Source of the DNA: Kondoa subrosea
Taxonomy: Eukaryota
NCBI GenBank assembly: GCA_039545335.1
Contig: BCIN01000001.1
Location: forward strand, 798,208-862,207
DNA: 64,000 nt
Direction of reading: 5' to 3'
The position numbers were made by a program, and so were the translations under genes. The notes under the pieces were generated by a model. That model had not been told where the DNA came from and searched no databases. It saw nothing but the letters and a program-made list of their open reading frames with translations. Position 1 is the first letter of the stretch, and every line of letters begins with the position of its first letter. Below are positions 1 to 11,328 of the stretch, piece by piece.

Positions 1-2348
1 CCTTCTTCGGAGTGTTGGCTTGCCCTACGAGAAGGTGGTATTTGAAGAGGTAAAGTAATGTTGGTTTGTCTCTTGTCATTCAGCTGGTTGATATTGTGAA
101 GTGAAGACTGTTTCTGATGATGAGGATGCTGGTAAATATTAGATTGCGGACGACGAGAAACAGGCGGAGTAGGGTTGCTTTGACTTCGAGCCATAGGCAC
201 CTGCTCGACATATTGCGGTGTGCGAGAGAAATTCCCAAGTACCGGACCAGAGCTTGTCGGTTGTGGCAAGCTGATGCCCGATCTGGATACCGTCTGTTGT
301 ACTGATGTCGCAGCTTTGGTATTGGCTGGTTGCAAGTCGACAGGCGATGACGATGATATGATATGAATAGCTTGTAGGGGAGGTGAAGCGAAGGAAGAAC
401 CAGGTGCTGAAAGACCAAACGGATCAAGAGACGGGTTAGATGGGTAAAACGAGGGCTCGAATCCCATTGCTTTGAAATCGCGCTGGACTTCTGTTTCTGA
501 AAGTTGCCAAGTGTCATCGATAGGTGCACAGTCGGCAAGCAACGATCGTTCGTCTGCCCTGTTCGTTGCATCGATATCTTGCTCGGTCGACAGAAATGGC
601 AGAAATGAGGGCGCTTTGTCAACTGGAAGGTACAGTCGATCTATAATGGTACTCAGTAGGTAGTTTGGTAGCACAAGCACGATCTGACCTTCGTCACGAT
701 CCCAAAATTCCGAATAGGCAACGCGCATGCTTGACTCGGCACCGCGTAGAAGACTTGCGCGCAAGTCACGCTTGGTCTCCTAGAGTCGATTATTAGGATT
801 GGCCTTATTCAGAGGTAAGGCACTTACCAGCCAATGAGCCACTACATCACGTTGGTCCGAAATATTCAATACATCGAGCTCCTTCAAGCGGAAGCCGAGG
901 TATGCTTTTGCATTATCTAGCCTTCTCTGCCTCTCGCTTGCCAGAGTAGTCAGTAAGCTGATGAGAATTGGATGAGTATCGTTCTCTAATAGATCCTTTT
1001 CGATATGAACAGTTGCCGATGCTCTGTGCGACAGTACAATTAACTCAGTAGATGACTATAGATGTACAGCAGATATCTTACCTTTGCCTGATTATGTCGT
1101 TTTCTGCTCTCTTTCTCTCTCTAGCCGTTCGCGTTGTGACTGAGACAGCAGCTATCGCGGATATTAGGCAGTGATCAGCTTCAAATGACCAAACTTACGA
1201 GAGGGCTCTCGACTACCAGCTTTACTGCTTCCAGCTTTTGACGAACCTGCAGGTCGACCTCTTGCGGTCACAATGATCTCTGGTACGAGTAAAGTCTGCC
1301 TGACCGAGTTGCTGGAAGTCGTAGAGGTAGGTGTGATCTCCTCTGCTTGGTCATTGTGCTGTTCACTCTCTTCACTCGAAGACAGATCAGCTACTGCTTT
1401 TCGTTTACTTGAAGGTCGAGCTTTCCCGCGTCTGTCTGATCCGGAGGGAGGTGCAGGGCTTGGTCTTCTACTCGAAGTGTTGGATGCTCGACTTCTGCTC
1501 GTCGTCGCTAACTTCGGTGGAGCCTTTTTATTGACAGCTGCGACTCGTTTCGATCTACCGCGCGTTGCGACTTCCGGACTTTCAGAATCGCGTGAATTGG
1601 TTGTTTTTGTTTTCTTTGGCCGCGAGCGGTGATTCGTCTTTTCAATGATAGGCGGAGCAAGACTTATCACAGGCGGCCGATTGGCAGAATCCGACACAGC
1701 GTCATCGGAATCAGATGCTTCTTCTGAAGAGCTGGAGATGTCTGACATGCTGCTAGTATGATCAGGATCTATCCTTTGACGTTTGGTGGACGCAGAAGCT
1801 GATTTAGCCGGTGAAGGTCTTGCGCGAAGACGACGAGGTGAAACCTGCCCATCTCCATTGTTGGTATCACCTTCAGCGTCGCTTCCTGCAGGAGATGCTA
1901 CTGGTGAAGGAGATAATGCTTTACGCTTTCGGGCGCTCCGGCGAGCAGAGGAATCAGCGTTGGGAGTTGGCCCTCGGGAATTTGCAGGAGTATTCTTCGG
2001 TTTGGATGAGCTAGGAGCCATAGAAGTAGCTTGGAAGAAAGATTGCGCTGGAACAGCTTCGGAGCTATCGGTCGCTCCATCCTGAGCCATCTCTTGATCT
2101 GATATTTTGCTTGTATTCGTTACAGGCGAAGGAGAGCGCGCATCGCCTTGAAACATATCCACTACCACTGCAGGAGGAGAGACAGCATTCGAGAGCCTGA
2201 GCGATCGCGATCTTTCTTGTTCCAATGAGGAATCTAGATCTACTGGCTCTGCCTCTTCGGATGCTGGCAATTCGATGGCTGATAGCTTTGACACCTTCCT
2301 CGGTCTGCCCCTGCCGCGCTTGACAGGTGAAGCAGTTTCGCTGTTCAT
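1..2348 (-). CDS. AT-hook + Sds3-like domain protein (putative Rpd3L/Sin3 HDAC-associated), 3' end runs off the window
   Basis: ATG 2348 (MNSETASPVKRGRGRPRK, AT-hook GRP motif). Splicing introns ~1153-1198, 1025-1081, ~780-827 and ~623-689 gives one continuous frame: ...RERKRAENDIIRQRASATVHIEKDLLENDTHPILISLLTTLASERQRRLDNAKAYLGFRLKEL...HWLETKRDLRASLL. This resembles the Sds3-like coiled coil (THP..L..L...R..RL). The frame stays open to position 1. Confidence 0.7.
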
Positions 2349-3428
2349 ATTGGAATACTGGCAAAGGATTGGATAAAGACAGCATAAATTTGACTTTAGC
2401 TTACAGAGATACAGCTCAAGTCTCGGAATAACGAGAACGTCGTCGAACAAAATGAGAAGGCAGAAATGGCCTGTACTTCGAAAGCCGACAATGATTAGAA
2501 GGTGTACTCTTATCAGACAAGCAATAAGTGAAGATATGAAGGAGATCTCTGTTAGAAGTAGTGTTGAATCTCCGGATACATCGCAAGCTTGCATGAAGAG
2601 AGACACAGCGAAAGTCAATGACATTCACAAATCAATAAAACGGCAAAGCAAGAGAAAGGGAGTATAGACTGAAGAAAATAGAACGAGAAGGTGCGCAATA
2701 GGCCACTTACTGTCTCTAGGCGGCTGAGCAAGCGCCAGAAAATTTACTGAAGTGACGGTAGGAGATCAAGAGTGGAAATTGCTATGTTGATTTTGGGCCG
2801 TCATATCGGGAGTATCGCTTTTTCAGGTGACCTCTATCCAATCATAAGATGGTGCTACTGTTCCAGAAAGCTTCATTCATAGGCAGCGCGCACCGCGGAA
2901 TTTGCGAGGCCAAAGCGCGTTTTAGATCTGCTCAAAGACTCCTCTTTTCAAGCCTACTTTGATCCGCAGACTCTACGAGATGCATTTGCTCCACGAAATA
3001 TATATACTCGGACTGCACTGATTTGAAGGGCTCTGGCAGAGTACTTATTTCCTTTGTTGAAAGATAGGTATGGCCCGTCTAGACTTCATTGATTCTACTG
3101 CTATGCTATCACTACAACTGGCCAACAAGGTATGCACTCTTCGCTTCGCTTCGCTTCAACTGGTCATCGGATGGGCCAGGTGTCAGAAGCAAGCACGCGA
3201 CGCGTTTTTATTTCTTCTTCAGTTCGTTCAGTTCTTAAATCTTACAGAATTCGCGTTGCACTCAAGGGAAGAAAAAGATTAATGGGAGCCAGTAGTGATA
3301 CTGCTGTAGCCAAACAGATACGGCCTGCGTAGACGTGCAATGAATCCAGTCCCTAGACCAGATACTAACATCGACATTATGTTGTTTTCTGCCAACAGTG
3401 ATATACCCAAAATTGCACTATATCCAGC

Positions 3429-5183
3429 ATGACCGTTCCAAGCTTAAAGCAGGTTACACGCTTAGTCACAAAAATCTGTAAAGAAGCGCTCGAGAATGGC
3501 GAAGAGCAAAACATTACTGTTCGAACTCTGCTAAGCTCTCGTAACTCGTTGATCCGCTGCGCAAGCCTCTCTGACGAAGTCTGTGACAGTTTGCGAAACC
3601 TACGACTGTAGCAAAGAAGATGTGGCTCAACATCGCAATGCAATTCGCGATTTGGCTGCTACTTTGCTTGTACGGCCCTTTCATAGTGTTTAACTCTTGT
3701 GATCTCACCCAAGATCTTCCAATAGAACGAGGATGCAGAACCTTCCGCAGAAATGCAGAATGAGCCGCAGGAAGTCGAGATGGAAGAAGCAGGTTCAAGC
3801 GAGGTCGAAGCAGTCGTTAGCTTACCCGCATTAAAGGTACGTATCCTGTTTACAAACCCCTTTTCCTTCTAATCGTACACCAGTCTAAGAAGCGCAAGTC
3901 AAAAGGCCTACCTGAAAGTTCTTCGGATGCTGAACAGGCGGAAGTTGAACCTTCGCCCGAGTCTGTCAAGAGCAAACAGAAAGGCAAAGCAAAAGCCATC
4001 GTGCCAGGCAATGAAGAAGAAGTAGAGGAGCCAGAAGAGACCAAAGCACCACCAAAGAAGAAAAGAAAGAGTTCAGAGAAGCCAGCTAAGACTACAAAAG
4101 CTAAGACTGCTTACAAGGTATGTTGGTCGGTCAAGTTGGCTCCTCATTTGAGGCTCACTCCGTGCGGCTACATCACAGAGTGCAGAGGTACTTTTACACT
4201 TGACCGCAGCCTGATCTCGATTCACTGATATTGTCTCTTGTACAGTTTATTAACAGCGAAGGCGATCCAATCAGGTACTTTACTATGTCTTTCTATCTCT
4301 TCAGTGTCTGACTTCGTGATCCAGTGCTCCAGCTGCTCCATCAGATGAAGAAACCGCAGCACCTCCCAAAAAGAAGAAATCCTCTTTCGGTACTGCTAAG
4401 CCTAAGGAATCGAAAGAGAAGGCCACTTCGTCCAAAGTCAAAGCCAGCACAACGGAAAAGAAACCTAAAGGCAAGAAAGATGCTAAAGTTGATGGCGAAA
4501 GTGAAGAAGTTACCAGGTTAAAGGTCTAGCTCCTCGTCGTCCGAGAGTCGGACTGTTGTTGATGACTGGCTTAGGGCTTTGTCAAAGCTTGCGGTGTTCG
4601 ATTTCTGCAAAAAGAAATTGCAGACATGAGCCAGAAAGAAGCGGAAAAGTACTTGCGGAAGAAGTTGGCTGACTTGGGCATGACTGGTCGTTTGGTACAT
4701 TGATCTGTACTTCCTCTTATGACAGCATCAGCTAACACCTTTGACAGAGTCAAGCACAAGCGAAAGATATCAAAGCCAAGCGAGAACTCGAAAGTGAGTT
4801 GGCAAAGCTAGTTTGTTATTTGCTGACTGATAAATTTGCCTTGCAGAAGAGATGCAAGATCTAGCTGCTTCTGGTGCCCCGAATGTCGATACAGCTGACA
4901 AAGGCCGCAAGACACGTGATCTTAGACAGAAAGATGAAGATGCAGGCTGGACACGTAGAAAAGCCGGAGCTCCTCGAGTCAAAGACAGCGATGACGAAGA
5001 CGAGGAGAGCGAAGCTGAAGTACTCGATGAAAAGGAGCAGCGAAAATTGGATAAGAGAGCGAAAAAGCAGGTTGAAGTACGCTGGAATCCTGACAGCTTA
5101 GACAAGTGATCTCTAATTTCCATTGCTACCAGTCTTTTATGGCTGCCGCAGGTGGAGTCAAGGGAATGATGGGTTTATTCTGA
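3429..5183 (+). CDS. HIRIP3-like histone chaperone / chromatin protein (multi-exon, Lys/Glu-rich)
   Basis: N-terminal MTVPSLKQVTRLVTKICKEALENGEEQNITVRT and a long K/E-rich linker. The C-terminal block GFVKACGVRFLQKEIADMSQKEAEKYLRKKLADLGMT...QAKDIKAKRELE resembles the HIRIP3 family. Many GT-AG introns; stop TGA 5181-5183. Confidence 0.6.
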
Positions 5184-5262
5184 TGTAACGAGGACAATGC
5201 ATAAAATTGAAATTCCATGAATTGTGCAATACAAGAAGAGCATGATGCCAAGAAGTCTATCT

Positions 5263-7313
5263 CTATAGTTTTGACTGGTAACCGTCGAGCTCTACAATTT
5301 GCAAGAGAGAGAGGAGAGAAGAGGACAGGGCATGAGCCTCAAGTCTTTATAGACGAAATGGCAATCAGATACCCATTTTGGAAACCTTTTCATCCAACTT
5401 TTCGCGAATGTGGTCGAGGAAGCCCTCACTGTAGCGATGGTCAGAATGGACTTGAAGCAAGACACCAGAGACTTACGTGGTAACATAATGTTCGCGCTTC
5501 ATGTCCTTTCCGTAAATTGCAAGTGCGAGATCTTTTGTCATGCAAGCATGCACGTCTACCGCTTCCTGGTAGCACAACAGAACATTAGATCAAACATCGC
5601 ATCAATGTAAAAACCGTAAAACGCACAACACAGCATGCTTCCAGCGCTTGCGCGAACTTCAAGAGCGCTTCGTTGTTGTCAGTCTTTGCTCTGAAGATGA
5701 GACCCCTTGTCCAGGCGAAGATGGAAGCGATCGAGTTTGTTGAGGTCTCTCGACCTTTCTGGTATTCTCGCCAATGCCTTTACAACGGGATCAACGATTT
5801 AAATAGGAAGGATAGAATTTTGTCTCACCTCGTTACTGTACCGTGTGCGGCTTCAGATTCCATAATCTTTCCGTCAGGAGTCATGAGTTCAGATGACATC
5901 AACCCCAGACTTCCGAAACCTTGCGCGACGACTAAGGGTAGAGGTAAGCACACATACTTGCTACTGAGGAGACTTTTAACGTACTATCACTGATAACATC
6001 TCCGTCGTAGTTCTTGAGAGCCATCAAGTATCCACCCTTTGACTTGATCCTATAAGTCAGCGAATATCAGCATCTGTGCAGACTGTCAGGAGGGCAGACC
6101 CACATTTGTGCTACCATGTCATCAATCAAACGATGTTCATACCAGATTCCAAGTTTTTCAAACTCAGGCTTGTACTCGTTGTCGTAGATTTCCTGGAAGT
6201 TGTCCTTCCACACACCATCGTAGCCTTTGAGAATAGTGTTCTTAGTTGACATGTACATTGGTACTTTCTTTGCGATAGCCATTTTGAAGGAAGCATGAGC
6301 GAAATCGCGAACGGATTGAACGGTGTTATACATAGCCAACCCTTGACCGTTTGCTGGGAAATCAAAGACTTCTAATCTTGTAGGTTCTCCTCCAGATTTA
6401 GGAGTGAAGACCAATTCAAGTTTGCCAGGTTCTTTAGTGACAATATCGGTTGCTCGATATTGATCACCGTGAGCATGACGACCGATGATGATGGATTCTG
6501 TCCAGCCTGGTACAGATTTAGGGACCTTCTGTACTAGAATAGGTTCACGGAAAACTGTTCCGCCCAAAATGTTTCGAATAGTTCCGTTTCTGATGCACAA
6601 ATGAGTATTCGCAGCGAGATAATTGCCGATTGCATTGCGTACGGTGACTTCCACATCTTCTTGAGCTTAAATTCTATACACAAACCATCAGTATCTGTGC
6701 TCGGTAATTCCCGAAAAAAACAATACTGACCTTCCACACGCTGCTCATCGGGAGTAATGGTAGCACACTTGATACCGACACCATACTTCTTGATAGCCTC
6801 TGCAGCATCGAAAGTAACTTTGTCGTCCGTCTGATCACGGTATCTTTACATTTTAGTCAGCCGTCAATATTGCCGGACACAACAAAAAGACAGCCAGACT
6901 CACTCTAGACCTAGATCGTAGTACTTGATGTCGATATCAAGGTAAGGCAGGATAAGCTATGAGCATTATGCGCATGAGTTATTGGGGAAATAAAGTATGA
7001 GAGGCTGTGCTGACTTCTTTCTTGATCTTGTGCCAGATCACTCGCTACACAAAATCGGATCAGTCCAGTCTTGCATGGATCAGAGCTCTGCATACAGTCA
7101 TTTCATCTCCATCGAGCTCTGGACATTTATATGAGATGCCGTCTACCGCTTAAAAGATCAGAAGGTTTACGAACCTACAACAGGCTGCTCGACTTTGATC
7201 TTCTTGCTGAGGGAAGTAGTAGTAGAAGCCATTCTGTAAGGTGCGGTAGTAAGAGGGACAACAGAAAACCTTGCAAATGTGGTGGTTCGGAGGAAGCTTT
7301 TGACTGGCAGCAT
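5263..7313 (-). CDS. IDP1: NADP-dependent isocitrate dehydrogenase
   Basis: Spliced motifs [90 protein letters not shown] at 7313 and a second in-frame ATG at 7232. Alternative stops at 5365-5367 (unspliced) or 5263-5265 (spliced, SKL). Confidence 0.97.
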
Positions 7314-7605
7314 TCAGCGCGAAGACTCCGTTTCCTTAGCTTGCACCGTTTAAGCGGATATAGGGATGGAAGAGGAGATTACTGTAGCTGAAAGAAGCAG
7401 GTGTGCCTAAGCCGTATAACAATCGTTGCGACAGGTCAAGGAACTCTTGCACAAAAATCATGCGGGCTTGACTTGTGACCATATCTCCAGAACGGTAGTG
7501 GAGCGCCGCAAAGTCATTAGCAGTGAGGCAGCTGTTTGTTCCGTTCCTGAGCCATATCAGCTGTCGCTATAGCCCGGCGCGAGCGAGTCAGCTCAGGTCA
7601 TTTGC

Positions 7606-8398
7606 ATGTCAGGCTTATCATGGCTACATTTGCCCAAACTTCCTCCTCGAGTCTTCAGTCCAAAGCGTCGAGCTCCTGTCATTAAATCGCGACCGAAAGC
7701 GAAAGCCCAATCCAAGTCTGTCTTATCTGATCTCAAAGTGCATCTCTTCACCTATTTGTCATCTCTATGTTTTCTCATCCATGTTTCGTTAGCCCGTTAT
7801 TACTCCCTCCTTAATACCGCCTAGTATCTATCATGGACCTTTACCTCGCATCAAACCACAACCAATTCAAACTTCCATGATGATCAAAAGCAGGATCAAA
7901 GACCGTCAGAGAAGATTGGACGAATCAAGGAGGATCAAAAGCTGGTTGGAAGATCATTACCTTGAAGTAGCTCTCGAGAAACGTTTGGAGAAAGAGGTAA
8001 AAGGTTTTCGAGTCGCTCCTGAATTACTTGCTGCAGGTAAAGTTTCTTTGGTGGAACTCTGAGTTTGATGGCTAACGTGAAGGATAGATGAACCATTCCG
8101 AACAAGATTGCAGGCTATCAATGAGTGTCGAGCTCGGGAACAAGCTCGAGAAAGGGTCAGATCATTTTCCACTCATTCTGTGATCGCTTTCCTCATGAAT
8201 CAACAGATACCCTACACGCCGCAACTACTTGAGCTAGTAGCAAAAGCCAAGAAGAGAAAGATTGTCAATTTGACACTCAGAAACAAACGTTTGAAATCGG
8301 CTTTGCATAACAAGACAAACGACAGTATTCCACCAATCAATGAACGAACACCTCCGACGGAACCCCAAATCATGAAAAGAAACAATACATCTCGATAA
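7606..8398 (+). CDS. Basic hypothetical protein, probably mitochondrial
   Basis: Three exons join in frame (introns ~7738-7791 and ~8037-8087): MSGLSWLHLPKLPPRVFSPKRRAP...PPSIYHGPLPRIKPQPIQTSMMIKSRIKDRQRR... The Arg/Lys-rich N-terminus lacks acidic residues. Confidence 0.6.
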
Positions 8399-8445
8399 CC
8401 CATTCATAATACCCTTTAAACATAACGAGAATAGTAATACAAAAA

Positions 8446-10902
8446 TCAACTTGCAAACCGAATAGCTGAAGCTTTACTTGGCGGGGCAGGGAAAGAGTAC
8501 TGAGGGAATTCGTCATCTTCCTCAGTTGATCCGGATTCTTCATCCAACCCCATGGAACGCATTGGTGGACTTTTCGCAGATGCACTTCTTTGCCGAATAG
8601 GTAAGCTGATTGATCCAGACACCCAATTAGTTGATTGAGCAGCGTTGGAACTAGTCGACTCATGGGATGGGAGTGCAGGCAGCGGTTGCGACATGAATGC
8701 ACGAAGTTGGCTGGCATGAATAGAGGGAGAGGTAGCTGCGGAAGAACCAGCGGAATGTGATCCGTTTGACAGTCTGGTCATGGCCGAAGCATTGGAGGAA
8801 CGAGATAGCGATGTATCAGTAGAATGAGAGCTGTACAGACTATTGCGATACAGTTGCTTTCTTTCGCGCTCCGCGGTAGAAGGTCGATCAGCTGTGGAAG
8901 GTCGTCCAACATGGAATGAAGAAGGAGGAGGAGGTAATGGACCAGAAGGTGGAGCTGTAGAGGGTCTTTGAGTAGATGGAGATCGAGTCAGCCTTGTGAC
9001 TGGCGAAAGGGGCCTTTCAAAGCTTTCTGTTGCCAAATCACCATAAACGTCGGCAGCAAGCTGCGCGCGTGATTGATCTCCGTATAAATTGTCCTCTTCG
9101 GCACTTGTTGTCGATAAGAAGGAAAACCGTCTAGAACCGCTTGGCTTAATATCATTGCTTGAATGCCCTCTCTGACGTGACGCTGAACCGTTTGTCCCTA
9201 CTCTTGGCGAACTTGTTACACGAGGAGGTATGAAATCAATGAACTGCTCGTCTGCCACAGACATCGCGGAAGCGGCTGAGAATGGATGACTTGGAGTTTC
9301 CCTGGAAAAGGTTGAGGTTTCGGATCGAGTTCGACTTCTTTGTGATCCAGGTCTTTCAGTAGAAGCCAGTGAAGACGACGTATCGCCGCGTAATTGTAGT
9401 ACCAAGGCTTTGAGCAGTTTCATCCAATTCGTGAGATCTGGTACATCGTTCACTACAACGAAAATTCAGCGTTGATCTTTATTTCTTAGCCTTGCTCAAC
9501 ATACTGGAAAAGTACCAGCATCCTTTTCTGACCGCACCGGGCAGGGTATAATCCGAATCACCAGCACTGACAATTCCGCTAATCTTTAGCACATAGAGCT
9601 TTTTGTCCCTATGCAAGAGATCTCAGCTACGGAAGACAGCAATACACAGCTGTACTGACGCCAATTCATCCGTGACGCATACAATCGAGTCCTTTGTCAA
9701 AACCAATCGATCAAGTTCTAGATCGGAATGCTGATTTGACTTGAAGGTATGTAGAGCATGTTGCAAGAAAGGTTCGCGTCCATTTTCGCTTTGGATATCG
9801 ACTTTGGTCAAGGTGATAAAGCGAGGACGCCAATTGCCATGTTTATTGCGCAGGGTGAAGGCCCCGACGACTTGATGCTTGAGCAAGAATTCTGCCTTCC
9901 TTCACACGTGAAGAGCAACATCAGATCCATGCTGGGCTCGTTCAACAATGCCACGTACTGTTGAAAGCCAATCATACTCTGTCTCGAAGCTGGGAAATGC
10001 GGCAGCACATTGCGGACAGAAGAGCTCGAAGCCAGGGACTCGGTTCGGCTGAAAGAAGAAGCAGTACTGCTGATAGACTGCGATCGCTGTGACATTGCTG
10101 TCTGATTCTGCTGAAAGTTGTTTGTTGATCCTGAGGCGGGTAACGATGCAGACAGAGGAGAAGTGGGTTTTTCTTTCTTGCGGAAAGGTGAAAGACCCAT
10201 GAAGGATCCGCGCTTGGTCTTGGATGCGTCTTTGCCTGAAGCCAAACTTGACAGACCGCTCGAATTCGATGGTACCCGATAGCGGGAGCAAGCTGCGGGC
10301 ATGCTTGGCACAGAAGTGGAGCGCATCATCAAGCTTGAGGCATCGGAGGAAGAGTGAACTGCTGGAGAAGGATTGTAAGAATAGCCTTGGGAAGAAACAA
10401 GCGAAGTAGTGCTGGCGGTGGATGATTGAACCAAAGTACCGTAAAGATTTGATTCTGTAGATGCACGAGGCATGCTTTGACGACCAAGCGATCCAGAGCG
10501 TTGAGATTCTGCGGGCTCCTTCTTCTCGGCAAAGAGGGGTGATTCCAAGCCAATCTCAGCCGCTTGTCTTTTCAATTCTATAAGGTCCAACTCTTCGTCC
10601 AGTCCAATTCCAGTACTACGACTTGATGGGAAAGATCGAATAGAAGCTGCTCCGGCGGAAGGCTGTAGCTTAACCCTTCCAGTGATGTGCTGGACTGGTT
10701 CTTGAGTTTGACATTCGTCGAGTATTCCGCAGACAGAGGACAGTTTTGAATCTTCTGGTGTCATGTCAGAGCGATAAGAAGACCTAGGCGTCGCTATAGA
10801 GAAAGACGAGGCAGGTGATGTACAATCCGAAAGTGAAGGATTTGGGCTGGACTGAGCAGGGCTTTGCATCGTCTGCTCTTCTGTTGCTACTGAAGCGTCC
10901 AT
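8446..10902 (-). CDS. PH-domain protein with long Ser-rich disordered flanks
   Basis: Central exons encode GAFTLRNKHGNWRPRFITLT...LHTFKSNQHSDLELDRLVLTKDSIVCV...YVLKISG...DLTNWMKLLKALV, which fits a PH-fold pattern ending in a Trp-containing helix. Flanking ORFs 9808-10929 and 8446-9453 are joined by GT-AG introns. Confidence 0.75.
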
Positions 10903-11328
10903 TTTGAGCCAATATGAGCAGCTGATCAATCGCTAGCCTTCCTTTCAAGACCGCTTAAATTCCTGTTGGTCGGGCGTATGGACTTTGACTTACTCGTCAA
11001 CACTGGCAGGACTACGCGCACGGCACGGATCTACGAGTCGAGAGGCCAAAGGACGCAGGAGCGAGCGAGCACAACTTGAACGAAAAACGCCTTTCCTTAA
11101 ATTGCTTCCTTCTGTTCTTTGATCTTTCCGCACAAACACGCGACCCGCTTAAGCTTGGCTTAGGTTGAGAGGTAGTGAATCCAAGTGGTATCAGGTCGCG
11201 AAAGCGAAGATCTCGTTCGAAGTAGCAAAAGAAGAGTCAGTCAGTCGCGATCGCTTAGAGTCTGACTTTGGGTAAACGGGATTTTGAATTGCATGAAATG
11301 CCCTTTCCCTGTTCCCATTGCCCCTATT

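Noticed and set aside
1273..2085. Antisense and alternative-frame ORFs in the track (here and throughout)
   Set aside because: They are shadows of real opposite-strand genes with no independent motifs.
3060..3398. Donor-like sites, a perfect TACTAAC and a small hairpin followed by ACA upstream of the HIRIP3-like gene (H/ACA snoRNA?)
   Set aside because: No convincing two-hairpin structure or rRNA target; more simply a 5' UTR intron and promoter with ACGCG elements.
5292..5486. ORF ending ...SLSCKL* (CKL is a PTS1 variant) at the IDH intron acceptor
   Set aside because: It is in a different frame from IDH with no evident splice path into it; likely a coincidence of the TGTAG acceptor.
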